Source: Candidatus Magasanikiibacteriota bacterium
GTDB lineage: Bacteria > Patescibacteriota > Patescibacteriia > Magasanikbacterales > UBA922
Assembly (NCBI GenBank): GCA_041665025.1
Contig: JBAYJP010000001.1
Location: 16,207-80,206, forward strand
Length of the DNA: 64,000 nucleotides
Reading direction: 5' to 3'
The position numbers were made by a program, and so were the translations under genes. Of the stretch, positions 10,553-20,183 are shown one piece after another. Below the pieces are notes generated by a model, which was not told where the DNA came from, did no database searches, and saw nothing but the letters and a program-made list of their open reading frames with translations. Numbering within the stretch: the stretch's first letter is position 1; every line of letters begins with the position of its first letter.

Positions 10553-11531
10553 AATTAAAAAACAAGATGAATGGCCAGAGCAAGAAGAGTTTCTTCAATC
10601 ATACACCTATGGTGAATTTTTAATTTCCCTTAGTAAAAAAGTTTTGAGATTGTGCATACAAGTGGGCGAGGAGAAGATATATGTACAAGCAGTTGAACAT
10701 ATTATGTTTCGTTTCATTACATTTTTGTATATACCGCGCATGTATATCGCGCCTATTTTTTTTGAGAAACTTGTACAATATGCAAAAAAAAAGAATTATA
10801 CATTTATTAGGTTAGAGCCTTCCCAACAAATGAATCTTTCTTCAGTAAAATTACAAGAAGTAAAAAATAGACAGCCTCAATACACATGGATTTTAGATAT
10901 TAATAAGACTACTGAACAGTTATTGCAAGAAATGCATTCTAAAACAAGATATAATATTCGCGTGGCAGAAAAAAAAGAAGTATACATCGACCACGTCAAA
11001 AATTTAGATGTATTTTTAAAACTCAATGAGACAACCACAGAACGGAATAAATTTATAAGCCATCCTAGGCAGTATATTGAAAAATTGCTCTCCCTCTCAG
11101 ACGTATTTCAATTTAATGCATACATTGATAAGACTCCCGTAGCATCTGCAATAATTTTGCGTCATCAAAAATCATTTATATATCTGCTTGGTGCTTCATC
11201 AAATGAATATAGAAATGCCATGTCCCCTTATCTATTGCATTGGGATATTATTAATACAGGCAAAAAAGAGGGAATTGATACCTATGATTTTTGGGGTATT
11301 GCTCCTCCTGCAAAAAAGGAAAATGTAGGCACTGTTTGCTTTCACACCTATTGTTTTGAGGACATACACCCACTATCTGGTGTTTCACGTTTTAAAGCAG
11401 GTTGGGGAGGAGCAGTGAAATCTTATCCTCAAGCCTATGAAATTATAATTAATCCGCTGACATATATAATCGTCAAATTTATATATGCACTTCGTGGAAG
11501 AAATAGGATAGTAGGACATCCTGATAATTAG
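10539..11531 (+). CDS. FemABX-family peptidoglycan aminoacyltransferase
   Basis: FLQS, KTRYNIR, YDFWGI and GVSRFKAGWGG motifs. Confidence 0.85.
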   Translation: MPVFEIKKQDEWPEQEEFLQSYTYGEFLISLSKKVLRLCIQVGEEKIYVQAVEHIMFRFITFLYIPRMYIAPIFFEKLVQYAKKKNYTFIRLEPSQQMNLSSVKLQEVKNRQPQYTWILDINKTTEQLLQEMHSKTRYNIRVAEKKEVYIDHVKNLDVFLKLNETTTERNKFISHPRQYIEKLLSLSDVFQFNAYIDKTPVASAIILRHQKSFIYLLGASSNEYRNAMSPYLLHWDIINTGKKEGIDTYDFWGIAPPAKKENVGTVCFHTYCFEDIHPLSGVSRFKAGWGGAVKSYPQAYEIIINPLTYIIVKFIYALRGRNRIVGHPDN

Positions 11532-11539
11532 TTTGGAGT

Positions 11540-12580
11540 ATGAATACATCGTCATATAGTTTAAAGCAGATTATAGACCCTCACGAATGGCAGACTTTTT
11601 TGTTGAAACAAGAATACATGCTCATGACCCAATCATGGAATTATTTTAATTTTTATAAATTGATGGATGAAGAAGCTTGGATTTTTGGGGTATATAGTGG
11701 CGATACACTTGTGGGCGGGGCATTTGTAACAACCGTGCATGCGAAGCGAGGTAATTTTTTATATATTCCATACGGTCCTATTGCCGAAGATAACCACAAA
11801 GTACATGTACTATCTTTATTAACTCAACAGCTTAAAAAAATAGGAAAAGAACATAACTATGTTTGCATTCGCATAAGCCCATTTTGGGATAATAATACTG
11901 ACAATAAAAAATTGTTTGAGGAATTACATTTTCAAAATGCACCCATGCATACGCTTGCCGAGACTACTTGGATCCTTGGTTTGTCTGATGATAGTGAGAC
12001 GCTTCTCAAAAATATGGAGAAAAATCACCGAAATTTGATAAAACGCTGTGAAAAAGAAGGTGTTACCATACAGGTCTCAGATGACATAGGAGAACTTCAA
12101 ACATTCCAGAAACTTCATGATGAGACTGCAAAAAGACATAATTTTGTTCGTTTTCCAAATGAATATATTGAGAAAGAATTCTCATCTTTCAATCCCAATC
12201 ACGAAGTCCTAGTACTATCTGCCTATTTGCCGGACGGTAGGCTTGATTCCTCTGCTGTTGTGTATTTTTATGGCACTATGGCCGCTTATCGTCATGGTGC
12301 ATCGCTTATGCAAGATAAGCGTCTTCCCACGTCGTATGCACTGCAATGGTGTGCAATTAACGAAGCAAAGAAGCGCGGACTTAAGTATTACAATTTTTGG
12401 GGTATTGCCCCTCAGGGTGCTCCTAAAAATCATCCATTCACCGGTATAACACATTTCAAAAAAGGATTTGGAGGTTTTGAAAAAGATCTCTTACCCTGTC
12501 AAGATTTAGGACTCTCATGGAAATACTATCCCATGCAACTATTAGAAAAATTCCGCAAACTCAAACGAGGCTTTTCCTAA
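11540..12580 (+). CDS. FemABX-family peptidoglycan aminoacyltransferase (second paralog)
   Basis: YIPYGP, YNFWGIAP and GITHFKKGFGG motifs. Confidence 0.87.
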   Translation: MNTSSYSLKQIIDPHEWQTFLLKQEYMLMTQSWNYFNFYKLMDEEAWIFGVYSGDTLVGGAFVTTVHAKRGNFLYIPYGPIAEDNHKVHVLSLLTQQLKKIGKEHNYVCIRISPFWDNNTDNKKLFEELHFQNAPMHTLAETTWILGLSDDSETLLKNMEKNHRNLIKRCEKEGVTIQVSDDIGELQTFQKLHDETAKRHNFVRFPNEYIEKEFSSFNPNHEVLVLSAYLPDGRLDSSAVVYFYGTMAAYRHGASLMQDKRLPTSYALQWCAINEAKKRGLKYYNFWGIAPQGAPKNHPFTGITHFKKGFGGFEKDLLPCQDLGLSWKYYPMQLLEKFRKLKRGFS

Positions 12581-12595
12581 AGTCTAACCTATAAC

Positions 12596-13624
12596 ATGTC
12601 TGTCCTTCGCAAAGTCTTCAACCATCATAAAATGAAGCGCCAACTCGGTTGGCAGTTTAAGCGTTCCCGATCAAAGGTAAAATCTATAATGGGAACAGAC
12701 AGACATGCTAAGGATTTTTCTTGGCATGGAACAAACGCAAATCCATATCTCGTTCATGACAAAGAGGACAAGAGAATTTTTTTGTATGTAGTAATACTTT
12801 GTGTATCAATTTTAGGTATATTTATTTTCGCAGTATATAGTTCAGCCTTTACTATCAATCGTATTACGATCGGCGGCCTCGAACGTATCTCTGATAATGA
12901 AATGAGAAATGCAGTGCATGGTATTCTTGATTTTGAAATTCTTGGCATACTGCCCAAGCGAGGATATTTCCTTGCAGATGCTGAGGAAATTAAGAATATT
13001 TTAATGAATCGTTTTCCTATTGAACACGTGGTGGTTCAAAAACGTTTTCCTGATAAATTGAATATATTGGTGCAAGAAAAAATATCCCAGGTCATTTATG
13101 ATAACGGAAAGACATATTGTTATATGGACGTGGAAGGAAAGGTCGTTGAAATTATTCGTTCAGTCAGTCAGTATGAATGGGATGAAAAAACCAAAACTAC
13201 AACGAGTACGGATGCACTAGGGAATGAAATAAATACAACTGAAGTTATAGAGAGAAATCACAAACCAGATACTCTTTCAGTAGTTAAAGAGATGGGGAAT
13301 TATCCTGTTATTTATGACAAAAGACATCCTACCATTGAATTGGGGGCTACACCACTCACATCAGATAGGGTAAGAGAGGTCGTTGACTGGTTTAATAATT
13401 TGCGTGATAAAAAATGGTCAACATTGTCATATGTGAGTATTGAAAATGAGGATAATATATACCTACACATGAGACAGGGGAGTTGGTATATCAAAACAAG
13501 ATCCGGGCGTTCTGTAGATCAACAAATTAGCGAAATTGAAACGCTCATTAATCAAAAAATTTTTGATCTTAATTCCTTGGAATATATTGACACAAGATAT
13601 TCAGATAGAATTTATTGGCAATAG
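12596..13624 (+). CDS. ftsQ: FtsQ/DivIB-type cell division protein
   Basis: Single TM, POTRA-like region (VQKRFPDKLNILVQE) and C-terminal YIDTRYSDRIY. Confidence 0.7.
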   Translation: MSVLRKVFNHHKMKRQLGWQFKRSRSKVKSIMGTDRHAKDFSWHGTNANPYLVHDKEDKRIFLYVVILCVSILGIFIFAVYSSAFTINRITIGGLERISDNEMRNAVHGILDFEILGILPKRGYFLADAEEIKNILMNRFPIEHVVVQKRFPDKLNILVQEKISQVIYDNGKTYCYMDVEGKVVEIIRSVSQYEWDEKTKTTTSTDALGNEINTTEVIERNHKPDTLSVVKEMGNYPVIYDKRHPTIELGATPLTSDRVREVVDWFNNLRDKKWSTLSYVSIENEDNIYLHMRQGSWYIKTRSGRSVDQQISEIETLINQKIFDLNSLEYIDTRYSDRIYWQ

Positions 13625-13690
13625 CCTATGTAATAAAGATACATAATAGAGGAGAGGATAGGGTTTTTGCTCTGTATATAGTTTGATAGT

Positions 13691-13718
13691 GTGTCGCACA
13701 ATATATCTTATGCGACAC
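13691..13718. other. dif-like Xer recombination site (probable replication terminus)
   Basis: GTGTCGCACAA-TATATC-TTATGCGACAC: an 11-6-11 near-palindrome resembling E. coli dif (GGTGCGCATAA-TGTATA-TTATGTTAAAT), located where gene strand switches from + to -. Confidence 0.7.
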
Positions 13719-14145
13719 TATATACTATAGAACCCAGTCCACCTGGGTTTCCCTAAGGTGTTGACTCTAGAAATTAACCAATATAGTTGCATAGATTAAA
13801 ACCATACTTCTTATACTAGCTAAGAGAGCCTCTAGCGCAGATGTGTGGAATTATAGTATCTAATTACAAACTCGGGTATATATGATGCCCTGCTAATATT
13901 TTCCGACACAACAAGTTTTTGTTTCAAAAAGGCCAGGTAATCTTGTATGACTTTTTTTAAAAAAAATTACTCCTAAGTTGTGTATTAGCTAGAAAATTTA
14001 AAATATTGTAATAGTATATCTAAAATTAATTTATAAAAAAATATAATAAAATACATGACACACAGACCATGTATTTTTTATAGTATTGTCTCCCCTGTTT
14101 TGACATTTCTAAAAATAGAAGAAATATTGTGCGACACTAGTGCTT

Positions 14146-14664
14146 TTATTCATTTATTTTGATAAACGCACTATAGGCCTCACGTAACAGTTTCGCGTCT
14201 TCAAGCGCGTTATGCTGAGTGTAAGATTCTTTATTAATACCAAGTTCTTTAAAAAATGAATCATTACGCATACTCTCAGGATCATACCCTCTTGCAAATA
14301 AAATACTTGCAAAATCAAGCGGGATCCAGAATGCCGGATGTTCCTTTGGATCACCAAAAAATTTATACCAATAGACTGCATCAAACTGATTTACATAGGC
14401 CATAAGATAAGGCTTTTCTTTTCTATCTTTTCCTATAAAATTCCATATTTCCTCTCTTGCAATTTCTTTATCCACTCTCTCCCCCGTCAAAAATGGTAAA
14501 ACTTTTTTTGTAACCCACGGATGAATCTCTAAGCCTTCATATTCTAGTTCGAGGTATAATTCCTCCCCTGTTTGTTTTATAAGCCCAATAGACAAAAGCT
14601 CACCTTTGGTAATATCAAGGTGAGTGAATTCAGTATCGAAAAATATTATTTTAGAAGAAAACAT
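14146..14664 (-). CDS. DEDD 3'-5' exoribonuclease (Rv2179c-like)
   Basis: FFDTEFT, LSIGL and HNALEDA motifs. Confidence 0.8.
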   Translation of the reverse strand: MFSSKIIFFDTEFTHLDITKGELLSIGLIKQTGEELYLELEYEGLEIHPWVTKKVLPFLTGERVDKEIAREEIWNFIGKDRKEKPYLMAYVNQFDAVYWYKFFGDPKEHPAFWIPLDFASILFARGYDPESMRNDSFFKELGINKESYTQHNALEDAKLLREAYSAFIKINE

Positions 14665-14668
14665 ATCT

Positions 14669-15919
14669 CTAATAATCCTTAACGAGATAGTTCAATGGAT
14701 TCACTGGAATACCATTTTTACGTATTTCAAAATGTAGATGAGGACCGGTAGTAAAAGGACCTGCTCCCACGGTACCTGGAGTAGCACCCGAATACCCTAT
14801 CAGGTCTCCACGGCTTACATATTGGTCTTCTGACACGGAAATTGAGCTCATATGTCCATACACCGTAGAAAATCCACCAGAGTGTATAATCATGACATAG
14901 GCATAACAAGACGCTGTTGTACACGTACGAGCACGGGCAATATAGCCTGATTTTGTGGCGTGTATTGCCGTCCCATGCGAAGCGCGGATATCTATGGCTG
15001 GGTGCTCAAAGATGTTTCGGTATGGATAGTTCTCATCATGAAAATATGCAGTGACGTATCTGCTCTGCGTTGGCCATGAAAACTGTGTGTCATCTTCGAC
15101 ACCAGAAAATCGCTGCTCTTCTTCTAGTTTGCGTCGAACTTGTTGTTCAATACTTGAAATTTCGGCATCAATCTGCTGATAAATTTTACGCAAATTTGCA
15201 AGCTGAGTTTTGTATTGCAATTCAGAAGATTTGGTTGCAAATAAAAGTTGTTCCTTGTATTCTCCTTGTTCTTCAAGATCTTTTTTTCTATTATCCAATT
15301 TTTGTTTCAATTCTTCGTAACTTAATTTTCGTTCCTCGGTTTGTTGTTTTTTATTTTCCAAATCTTCTTTTGCGAGGCGTATAGTCTTCGTGCTTTCTCC
15401 CATGTCACGTTCAACATTTTTTACATAATGAACACGTCCATAAAAATCTGAAAATGAATCATACGCTGCCAAAATTTCAATATACTTTTTGTTATTCTCG
15501 TAATGCAGTGTGCGTATAAGCTCGGCAAGAATCTTTTTCTGTCGAGTTATAACCTGCTCTTTTTCTGAAATAGAGAGTCCTAAACTTTCTATTTCCAAAG
15601 TTAACGTGCCTAATTTTTCTTCTGTAGCTTCTATATCTAGCTCAATTTGAACGGTATAATTATCTAAAATGGCAATTTGGTTTGAAAGAGATACTGCCTC
15701 ACTTTGTTTTTGCTGAACTTTTTTCTTATATTCTTCAATGCTTTGTTCAAGTTGTCTTACTTTTTCTTTTTTTTCTGCAATTTGTCTATTAAGTTCGTCT
15801 ATTTCTGCCTTGTTTCCTCCAGTATCTTCTGAAAAAACAAAAGCAGGCCTTAATACAAGACCACCCACGATGAAGAGGAAGATACTCACTACAAGAAGTA
15901 GCGTTTGTCTTTTGTTCAC
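14669..15919 (-). CDS. Coiled-coil M23 peptidase (EnvC/CwlO-like)
   Basis: N-terminal TM, long coiled coil, HPAID, YGHM and TGPHLHFE; probable GTG start at 15919. Confidence 0.85.
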   Translation of the reverse strand: MNKRQTLLLVVSIFLFIVGGLVLRPAFVFSEDTGGNKAEIDELNRQIAEKKEKVRQLEQSIEEYKKKVQQKQSEAVSLSNQIAILDNYTVQIELDIEATEEKLGTLTLEIESLGLSISEKEQVITRQKKILAELIRTLHYENNKKYIEILAAYDSFSDFYGRVHYVKNVERDMGESTKTIRLAKEDLENKKQQTEERKLSYEELKQKLDNRKKDLEEQGEYKEQLLFATKSSELQYKTQLANLRKIYQQIDAEISSIEQQVRRKLEEEQRFSGVEDDTQFSWPTQSRYVTAYFHDENYPYRNIFEHPAIDIRASHGTAIHATKSGYIARARTCTTASCYAYVMIIHSGGFSTVYGHMSSISVSEDQYVSRGDLIGYSGATPGTVGAGPFTTGPHLHFEIRKNGIPVNPLNYLVKDY

Positions 15920-15974
15920 ATGCAGTAAATAAAAACACCAGATAGTTACTCCAGTGTTTAGTATATCATATTTT

Positions 15975-17444
15975 TTATAACATGCTAAGAGCGTTCTTAA
16001 CGCGATCGAGTGTTTTTTCTTTACCAAGTGCCACAGCAATCTCGAGAGGGCCTGGGGAATTCTTTTGTCCTGAGAGTGCGACACGCATAGGCCATAAGAC
16101 ATCCCCATTTCCCCATGCCTTCTCTTTAATCCAGGGCAGGATCTGTTTTTCCAGTGTTTCCTTAGACCACTCCCCCTCTAAACTATTCAAAAATTCAAGC
16201 AATGCGATTAATTTTTCTTTTGTCTGTTCTTTGGTAGATTTTTTCCACACAAGAAGTTCTGCTTCGTAGTCTAGTGTATTGGAAAAAATGAATGTGACAT
16301 TTTCTACCAGTTCGACAAGAGTAGACGCTCTCCCCTGCTCCAGTGCAACTACATCCCGAATCCCGAATCCCGAATCCGGAATCTTAAGACTTTCTTTTTC
16401 AAAAAAAGATTTACATCTTTCCGCTAGCTCTGCAGAATCAAGACTCATAATATACTGCTTATTGTACCAATTCAATTTTTCACGATTAAACACAGCCGCA
16501 GGCTTATGTACTTTACTAAAATCAAATTCCTTTTCAAGTTCTGCCAAACTAAAAATTTCTTTTTCTCCACCAGGGTTCCAACCTAAAAATGCAATAAAAT
16601 TAATGATTGCTTCTGGTAGATAACCTTTCTGTTTAAAATCTTCAACTGATACGTCTCCATGTCGTTTACTTAATTTTTGTTTTTCTTCATTTATAAGCAT
16701 GGAAAGATGGCCGAACTGTGGCAATTCCCAACCAAACATGTTGTATAAGGTAATATGCTTAGGTGTTGAAGGCAACCATTCTTCACCACGGATAACATGG
16801 GTAACTTCCATAAGGTGGTCATCTACAACAACGGCTAAATGATAAGTTGGGAATCCATCAGCCTTAACGAGAACTTGATCATCGGCTAATTCATTCTTAA
16901 ATTCAACTTTCCCTCGTACCATGTCGTCTACGACCGTAACCCCAGTTTTTGGCATTTTCATGCGCATGATACACTTCTCCCCTGCCGTAACGCGTTTTTG
17001 AGCCTCTACAACGTCTAAATCTCGACAATGACCATCATAACCCGTAGGCATTTTATTTAATTCTTGATATTTTCTAACTTCCTCAAGACGTTCTTTACTA
17101 CAAAAACAATAATATGCATGACCTTGCTCAATGAGCTGATTAGCGTATTTTTTGTAAATATCCAAACGCTGTGATTGTATATATGGCCCTTTATCACCTT
17201 TTTGAATAACTTTTCCTTCATCATTTACATCAACGCCTTCATCAATACTAATTCCTGCCCATGTGAGTGAATTAATCATATTTTCAGTGCCACCCTCAAC
17301 AAATCGCTCCTGGTCAGTATCTTCTATACGCATCATAAAGATACCACCATTTTTTTTGGCAAATAAATAAGAATATAGAGCAGTACGAAGACCTCCTACA
17401 TGTAGAAAACCGGTTGGACTTGGGGCAAAACGTGTTTTGATCAT
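15975..17444 (-). CDS. gltX: Glutamyl-tRNA synthetase
   Basis: RFAPSPTGFLHVGG and KLSKR motifs. Confidence 0.97.
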   Translation of the reverse strand: MIKTRFAPSPTGFLHVGGLRTALYSYLFAKKNGGIFMMRIEDTDQERFVEGGTENMINSLTWAGISIDEGVDVNDEGKVIQKGDKGPYIQSQRLDIYKKYANQLIEQGHAYYCFCSKERLEEVRKYQELNKMPTGYDGHCRDLDVVEAQKRVTAGEKCIMRMKMPKTGVTVVDDMVRGKVEFKNELADDQVLVKADGFPTYHLAVVVDDHLMEVTHVIRGEEWLPSTPKHITLYNMFGWELPQFGHLSMLINEEKQKLSKRHGDVSVEDFKQKGYLPEAIINFIAFLGWNPGGEKEIFSLAELEKEFDFSKVHKPAAVFNREKLNWYNKQYIMSLDSAELAERCKSFFEKESLKIPDSGFGIRDVVALEQGRASTLVELVENVTFIFSNTLDYEAELLVWKKSTKEQTKEKLIALLEFLNSLEGEWSKETLEKQILPWIKEKAWGNGDVLWPMRVALSGQKNSPGPLEIAVALGKEKTLDRVKNALSML

Positions 17445-18199
17445 AAATATGACATTAAAATCCCTGCAGAAACTGCAACATTTAGAGATTCTGCCTCTCC
17501 TCCACCTGGGATAGTATACCGTTCATCAACCAATTCATCAAGCTCTGATCTAATGCCGTGAGATTCGCTTCCAAATAGATAGACCGTCTTCTTCACAGGC
17601 TTAAGCGTATCAATATTTTTTCCCTTTGTATCCAACGCTTTGACCTTGTACCCAAAATCATTTTTTAGCTTTACAATTGAATTAACTAAATGGTCTGACT
17701 CAAAAATATTGAGATGAAAAATAGAACCCATAGTACTGCGAACTACTTTTTCATTATACGGGTCAACAGAATCTTCTGATAAAAGAATATTTTTTACACC
17801 AAACCAGTCTGCTGTGCGTATTATGGTTCCTAAATTACCAGGGTCTTTGACCCCATCGAGACATATAATTGGTCCTTCTACTAGATCTTCTAAATAAAAT
17901 TCTGGTTGTGAAATTACTATCAACATTCCGGGGAATGTATCTGTTGTTTTTATCTCGTCGACTTCTTTTCTACCGCAAAATTCAATTGGAATACTTTTTA
18001 TGTTCAATAGTTTTATTATTTTTTGTATGTCTTCTTCATCCCTACGAATGCCTTCAACAACAGCCAAAATGACTTCTGCGTCTGCAGTAAGTGCTTCTTC
18101 CACACCCTTTATACCTTCCACAACAAACTCTTTAAATTCTCGCCTGTATTTCTTTTGTTGGAGTTGATTAAGATGTTTGATAATTTTGTGTGATAGCAT
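17441..18199 (-). CDS. TrmH/SpoU-family RNA methyltransferase
   Basis: DPGNLGTIIRTA, GSESHG and ESLNVAVS SPOUT motifs. Confidence 0.92.
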   Translation of the reverse strand: MLSHKIIKHLNQLQQKKYRREFKEFVVEGIKGVEEALTADAEVILAVVEGIRRDEEDIQKIIKLLNIKSIPIEFCGRKEVDEIKTTDTFPGMLIVISQPEFYLEDLVEGPIICLDGVKDPGNLGTIIRTADWFGVKNILLSEDSVDPYNEKVVRSTMGSIFHLNIFESDHLVNSIVKLKNDFGYKVKALDTKGKNIDTLKPVKKTVYLFGSESHGIRSELDELVDERYTIPGGGEAESLNVAVSAGILMSYL

Positions 18200-18306
18200 A
18201 TATTATGTTGATAATTATTTTCTACTCAGCGCTTGACTTAAAGGTAAGTATAACAAATACTTGTGCCACGAGCGACCCGTCTCGCATAGGTAGTAGGAGG
18301 AAAAAG

Positions 18307-18543
18307 ATGGCCGTCTCAGTGCAAGTGATTCGACAGATGATCGAACAGGCAAAACACTCGCATCGTGTACTCCGTATTGTGCACGCACACAACGGAGACC
18401 CCCGTGAGTGTGTCAACGATGAACTGAATCCCAGACACGCCCAGGTTCGAGGTGAACTCGTAGTGTGTCTCCAGGGTCCTGACATCGCTGTCTCCGCGAT
18501 CGTCTGTGTGGAGCTGGTGTGGAACCAGCCCCTGTGCAGCTGA
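18307..18543 (+). CDS. Small hypothetical protein (78 aa), GC-rich, opposite to neighbouring genes
   Basis: AGGAGG SD upstream of ATG 18307 and its own GC-rich terminator downstream. Confidence 0.55.
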   Translation: MAVSVQVIRQMIEQAKHSHRVLRIVHAHNGDPRECVNDELNPRHAQVRGELVVCLQGPDIAVSAIVCVELVWNQPLCS

Positions 18544-18567
18544 ACTGTTGTACGTGAACGTGTCGTC

Positions 18568-18606
18568 GCCCCCACCAGTGTTTTCACTTGGTGGGGCTTC
18601 GTTTTT
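18568..18606 (+). terminator. Intrinsic terminator
   Basis: GCCCCCACCAGTG-TTTT-CACTTGGTGGGGC followed by TTCGTTTTT. Confidence 0.6.
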
Positions 18607-19435
18607 AAGGAGCTTTTTTAAAAACATTTAAAAATAAAAAAAATAATGTTGCCTTTATTATTCTCCCTATTCGCTTTGGTTCATATAATAACCGAAACAA
18701 CCACTCCAAACCAATTTTTCTCATCCATGCCGGAGCTCGTTTCTTCATGCCTGCAGTATAGTCAAATGCTCCGCCGACACCCATTGCAATTTTTACACTT
18801 GGCAAATCTTTTAGATTCTCATGAATCCATCTTTCTTGCTTCACATGCCCGAATGCGATGAACAATATATCTGGCTGAGCCATGGTTATCTCTGCTATTA
18901 ATTCATCGTTTTTTTCTTTATCATATTTTAATTGGTAATTAGCAACTAGTAATTTATGTCCCCGGTGAAGCCCAGCGATTTTTAAATTTGGGAACTTATT
19001 TTGAATTACTAATTTCAAATTACTAATTACCTCAGAGCTGTCTGACCCAAGAAAATAAACTGAATACTTTTTTTGTTCAGCAAGTTTGCATATATCCAAC
19101 ATAAAATCTACGCCGGGAATTCGCTCTATCTTTTCTCTTGAAACAAGTTGTATACCTCGTCCATCACAAATATTTAGATCACTTGAGTTGAGAATATCCT
19201 TAAATTCTCTATCTTTTTGGGCGTCAACGAGCATTTCAGGATTGGGTGTAAATATCTTATATTGTTTGTTAGATTCTAAAAATTCAGCAACCTTCTGAAG
19301 TGCTTTTGATTTATCTAGTATATCAATACGAACATCTAAAATTTTTATAAAATCCTGGTTCATCATGGAAATTCTAGTAATCTGTGTTTTGTAAAATTTT
19401 GAACACAGACCACCAAGATCGCCAGGATCAACCAT
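18605..19435 (-). CDS. WecB/TagA/CpsF-family glycosyltransferase (start may be 19366)
   Basis: TPNPE, RIPGVD, KQERWI, GVGGAFD, RAP and GLEWLFRL motifs. Confidence 0.9.
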   Translation of the reverse strand: MVDPGDLGGLCSKFYKTQITRISMMNQDFIKILDVRIDILDKSKALQKVAEFLESNKQYKIFTPNPEMLVDAQKDREFKDILNSSDLNICDGRGIQLVSREKIERIPGVDFMLDICKLAEQKKYSVYFLGSDSSEVISNLKLVIQNKFPNLKIAGLHRGHKLLVANYQLKYDKEKNDELIAEITMAQPDILFIAFGHVKQERWIHENLKDLPSVKIAMGVGGAFDYTAGMKKRAPAWMRKIGLEWLFRLLYEPKRIGRIIKATLFFLFLNVFKKAP

Positions 19436-19991
19436 GATTTGTCAATCGATAACTCTCCACTATTGAATAGGATGATCCTTCAATAGTCAGTTTACTCTCC
19501 ATAATCTCTATCGAATCAACCTGCCATGACACATTTTCTAAAACGATATCTTGTAACCCAGCCAATTTGAAACCCATCTTATTTCTTCCAAGCGTTATAT
19601 GTGGCTTCCAAATCTTTAAATCGACACTAATCCCCTTATTAACCAAAGCATCGGTTAATTCTTTCTGTAAACGATTACTGATTCGAGAATGATCAAAAAC
19701 TTTTGCTATAATAACTTTTGGATGTTGTAAATCTGGAAATGCATCAATTTTATCAAGCTCAAATGAGATGGAGTTATATTTTATTGCGAGGTCTCTTACT
19801 TTTTCCCTTACTATATCAAGGATATTATCCTCAATTTCTCCTAAAAATTGTACTGTGATATGAAGTCCATCCAGGTTTGTCCAATTCACGCGGATATGTC
19901 TATTTTTATCTTTAAGGGTGTTCTGTACTATTTCCAGTGCTTCTTTTGCCTTATCGGATATATAAAAAGAGATAAATATCCTTCTTGACAT
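19428..19991 (-). CDS. thpR: RNA 2',3'-cyclic phosphodiesterase (2H family)
   Basis: Two HxT motifs (LHITVQFLG and PHITLGR). Confidence 0.9.
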   Translation of the reverse strand: MSRRIFISFYISDKAKEALEIVQNTLKDKNRHIRVNWTNLDGLHITVQFLGEIEDNILDIVREKVRDLAIKYNSISFELDKIDAFPDLQHPKVIIAKVFDHSRISNRLQKELTDALVNKGISVDLKIWKPHITLGRNKMGFKLAGLQDIVLENVSWQVDSIEIMESKLTIEGSSYSIVESYRLTNHG

Positions 19992-20030
19992 ACAGAATTT
20001 AGCTTAGTTATGGTATAATACTATCATATC

Positions 20031-20058
20031 TTGACAACATTTTCCAGTATGGTATATT
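20031..20058 (+). promoter_or_regulatory. Sigma70-type promoter of clpB
   Basis: TTGACA-16 nt-TATATT with TGn, directly upstream of the CIRCE. Confidence 0.6.
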
Positions 20059-20083
20059 AGCACTCTTACATTAAGAGTGATAA
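20057..20083. promoter_or_regulatory. CIRCE (HrcA operator)
   Basis: TTAGCACTC-N9-GAGTGATAA, one mismatch from the consensus, upstream of clpB. Confidence 0.9.
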
Positions 20084-20183
20084 TACTCCCTAGTCCAGTC
20101 TTGACTTACTGATTACGGATAATACTGATTTACTGATGATAATTTATATCCGTAAATCAGAGTTATCTGTAATCCGTAAACAT

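Noticed and set aside
15920-16108. N-terminal extension of the M23 peptidase ORF in the ORF track
   Set aside because: It overlaps the gltX 3' end; the GTG at 15919 just before the TM segment is more plausible.
18222-18627. Minus-strand ORFs 18222-18587 and 18316-18627
   Set aside because: No recognisable motifs. The plus-strand frame has the SD and terminator, although the minus frames cannot be fully excluded.
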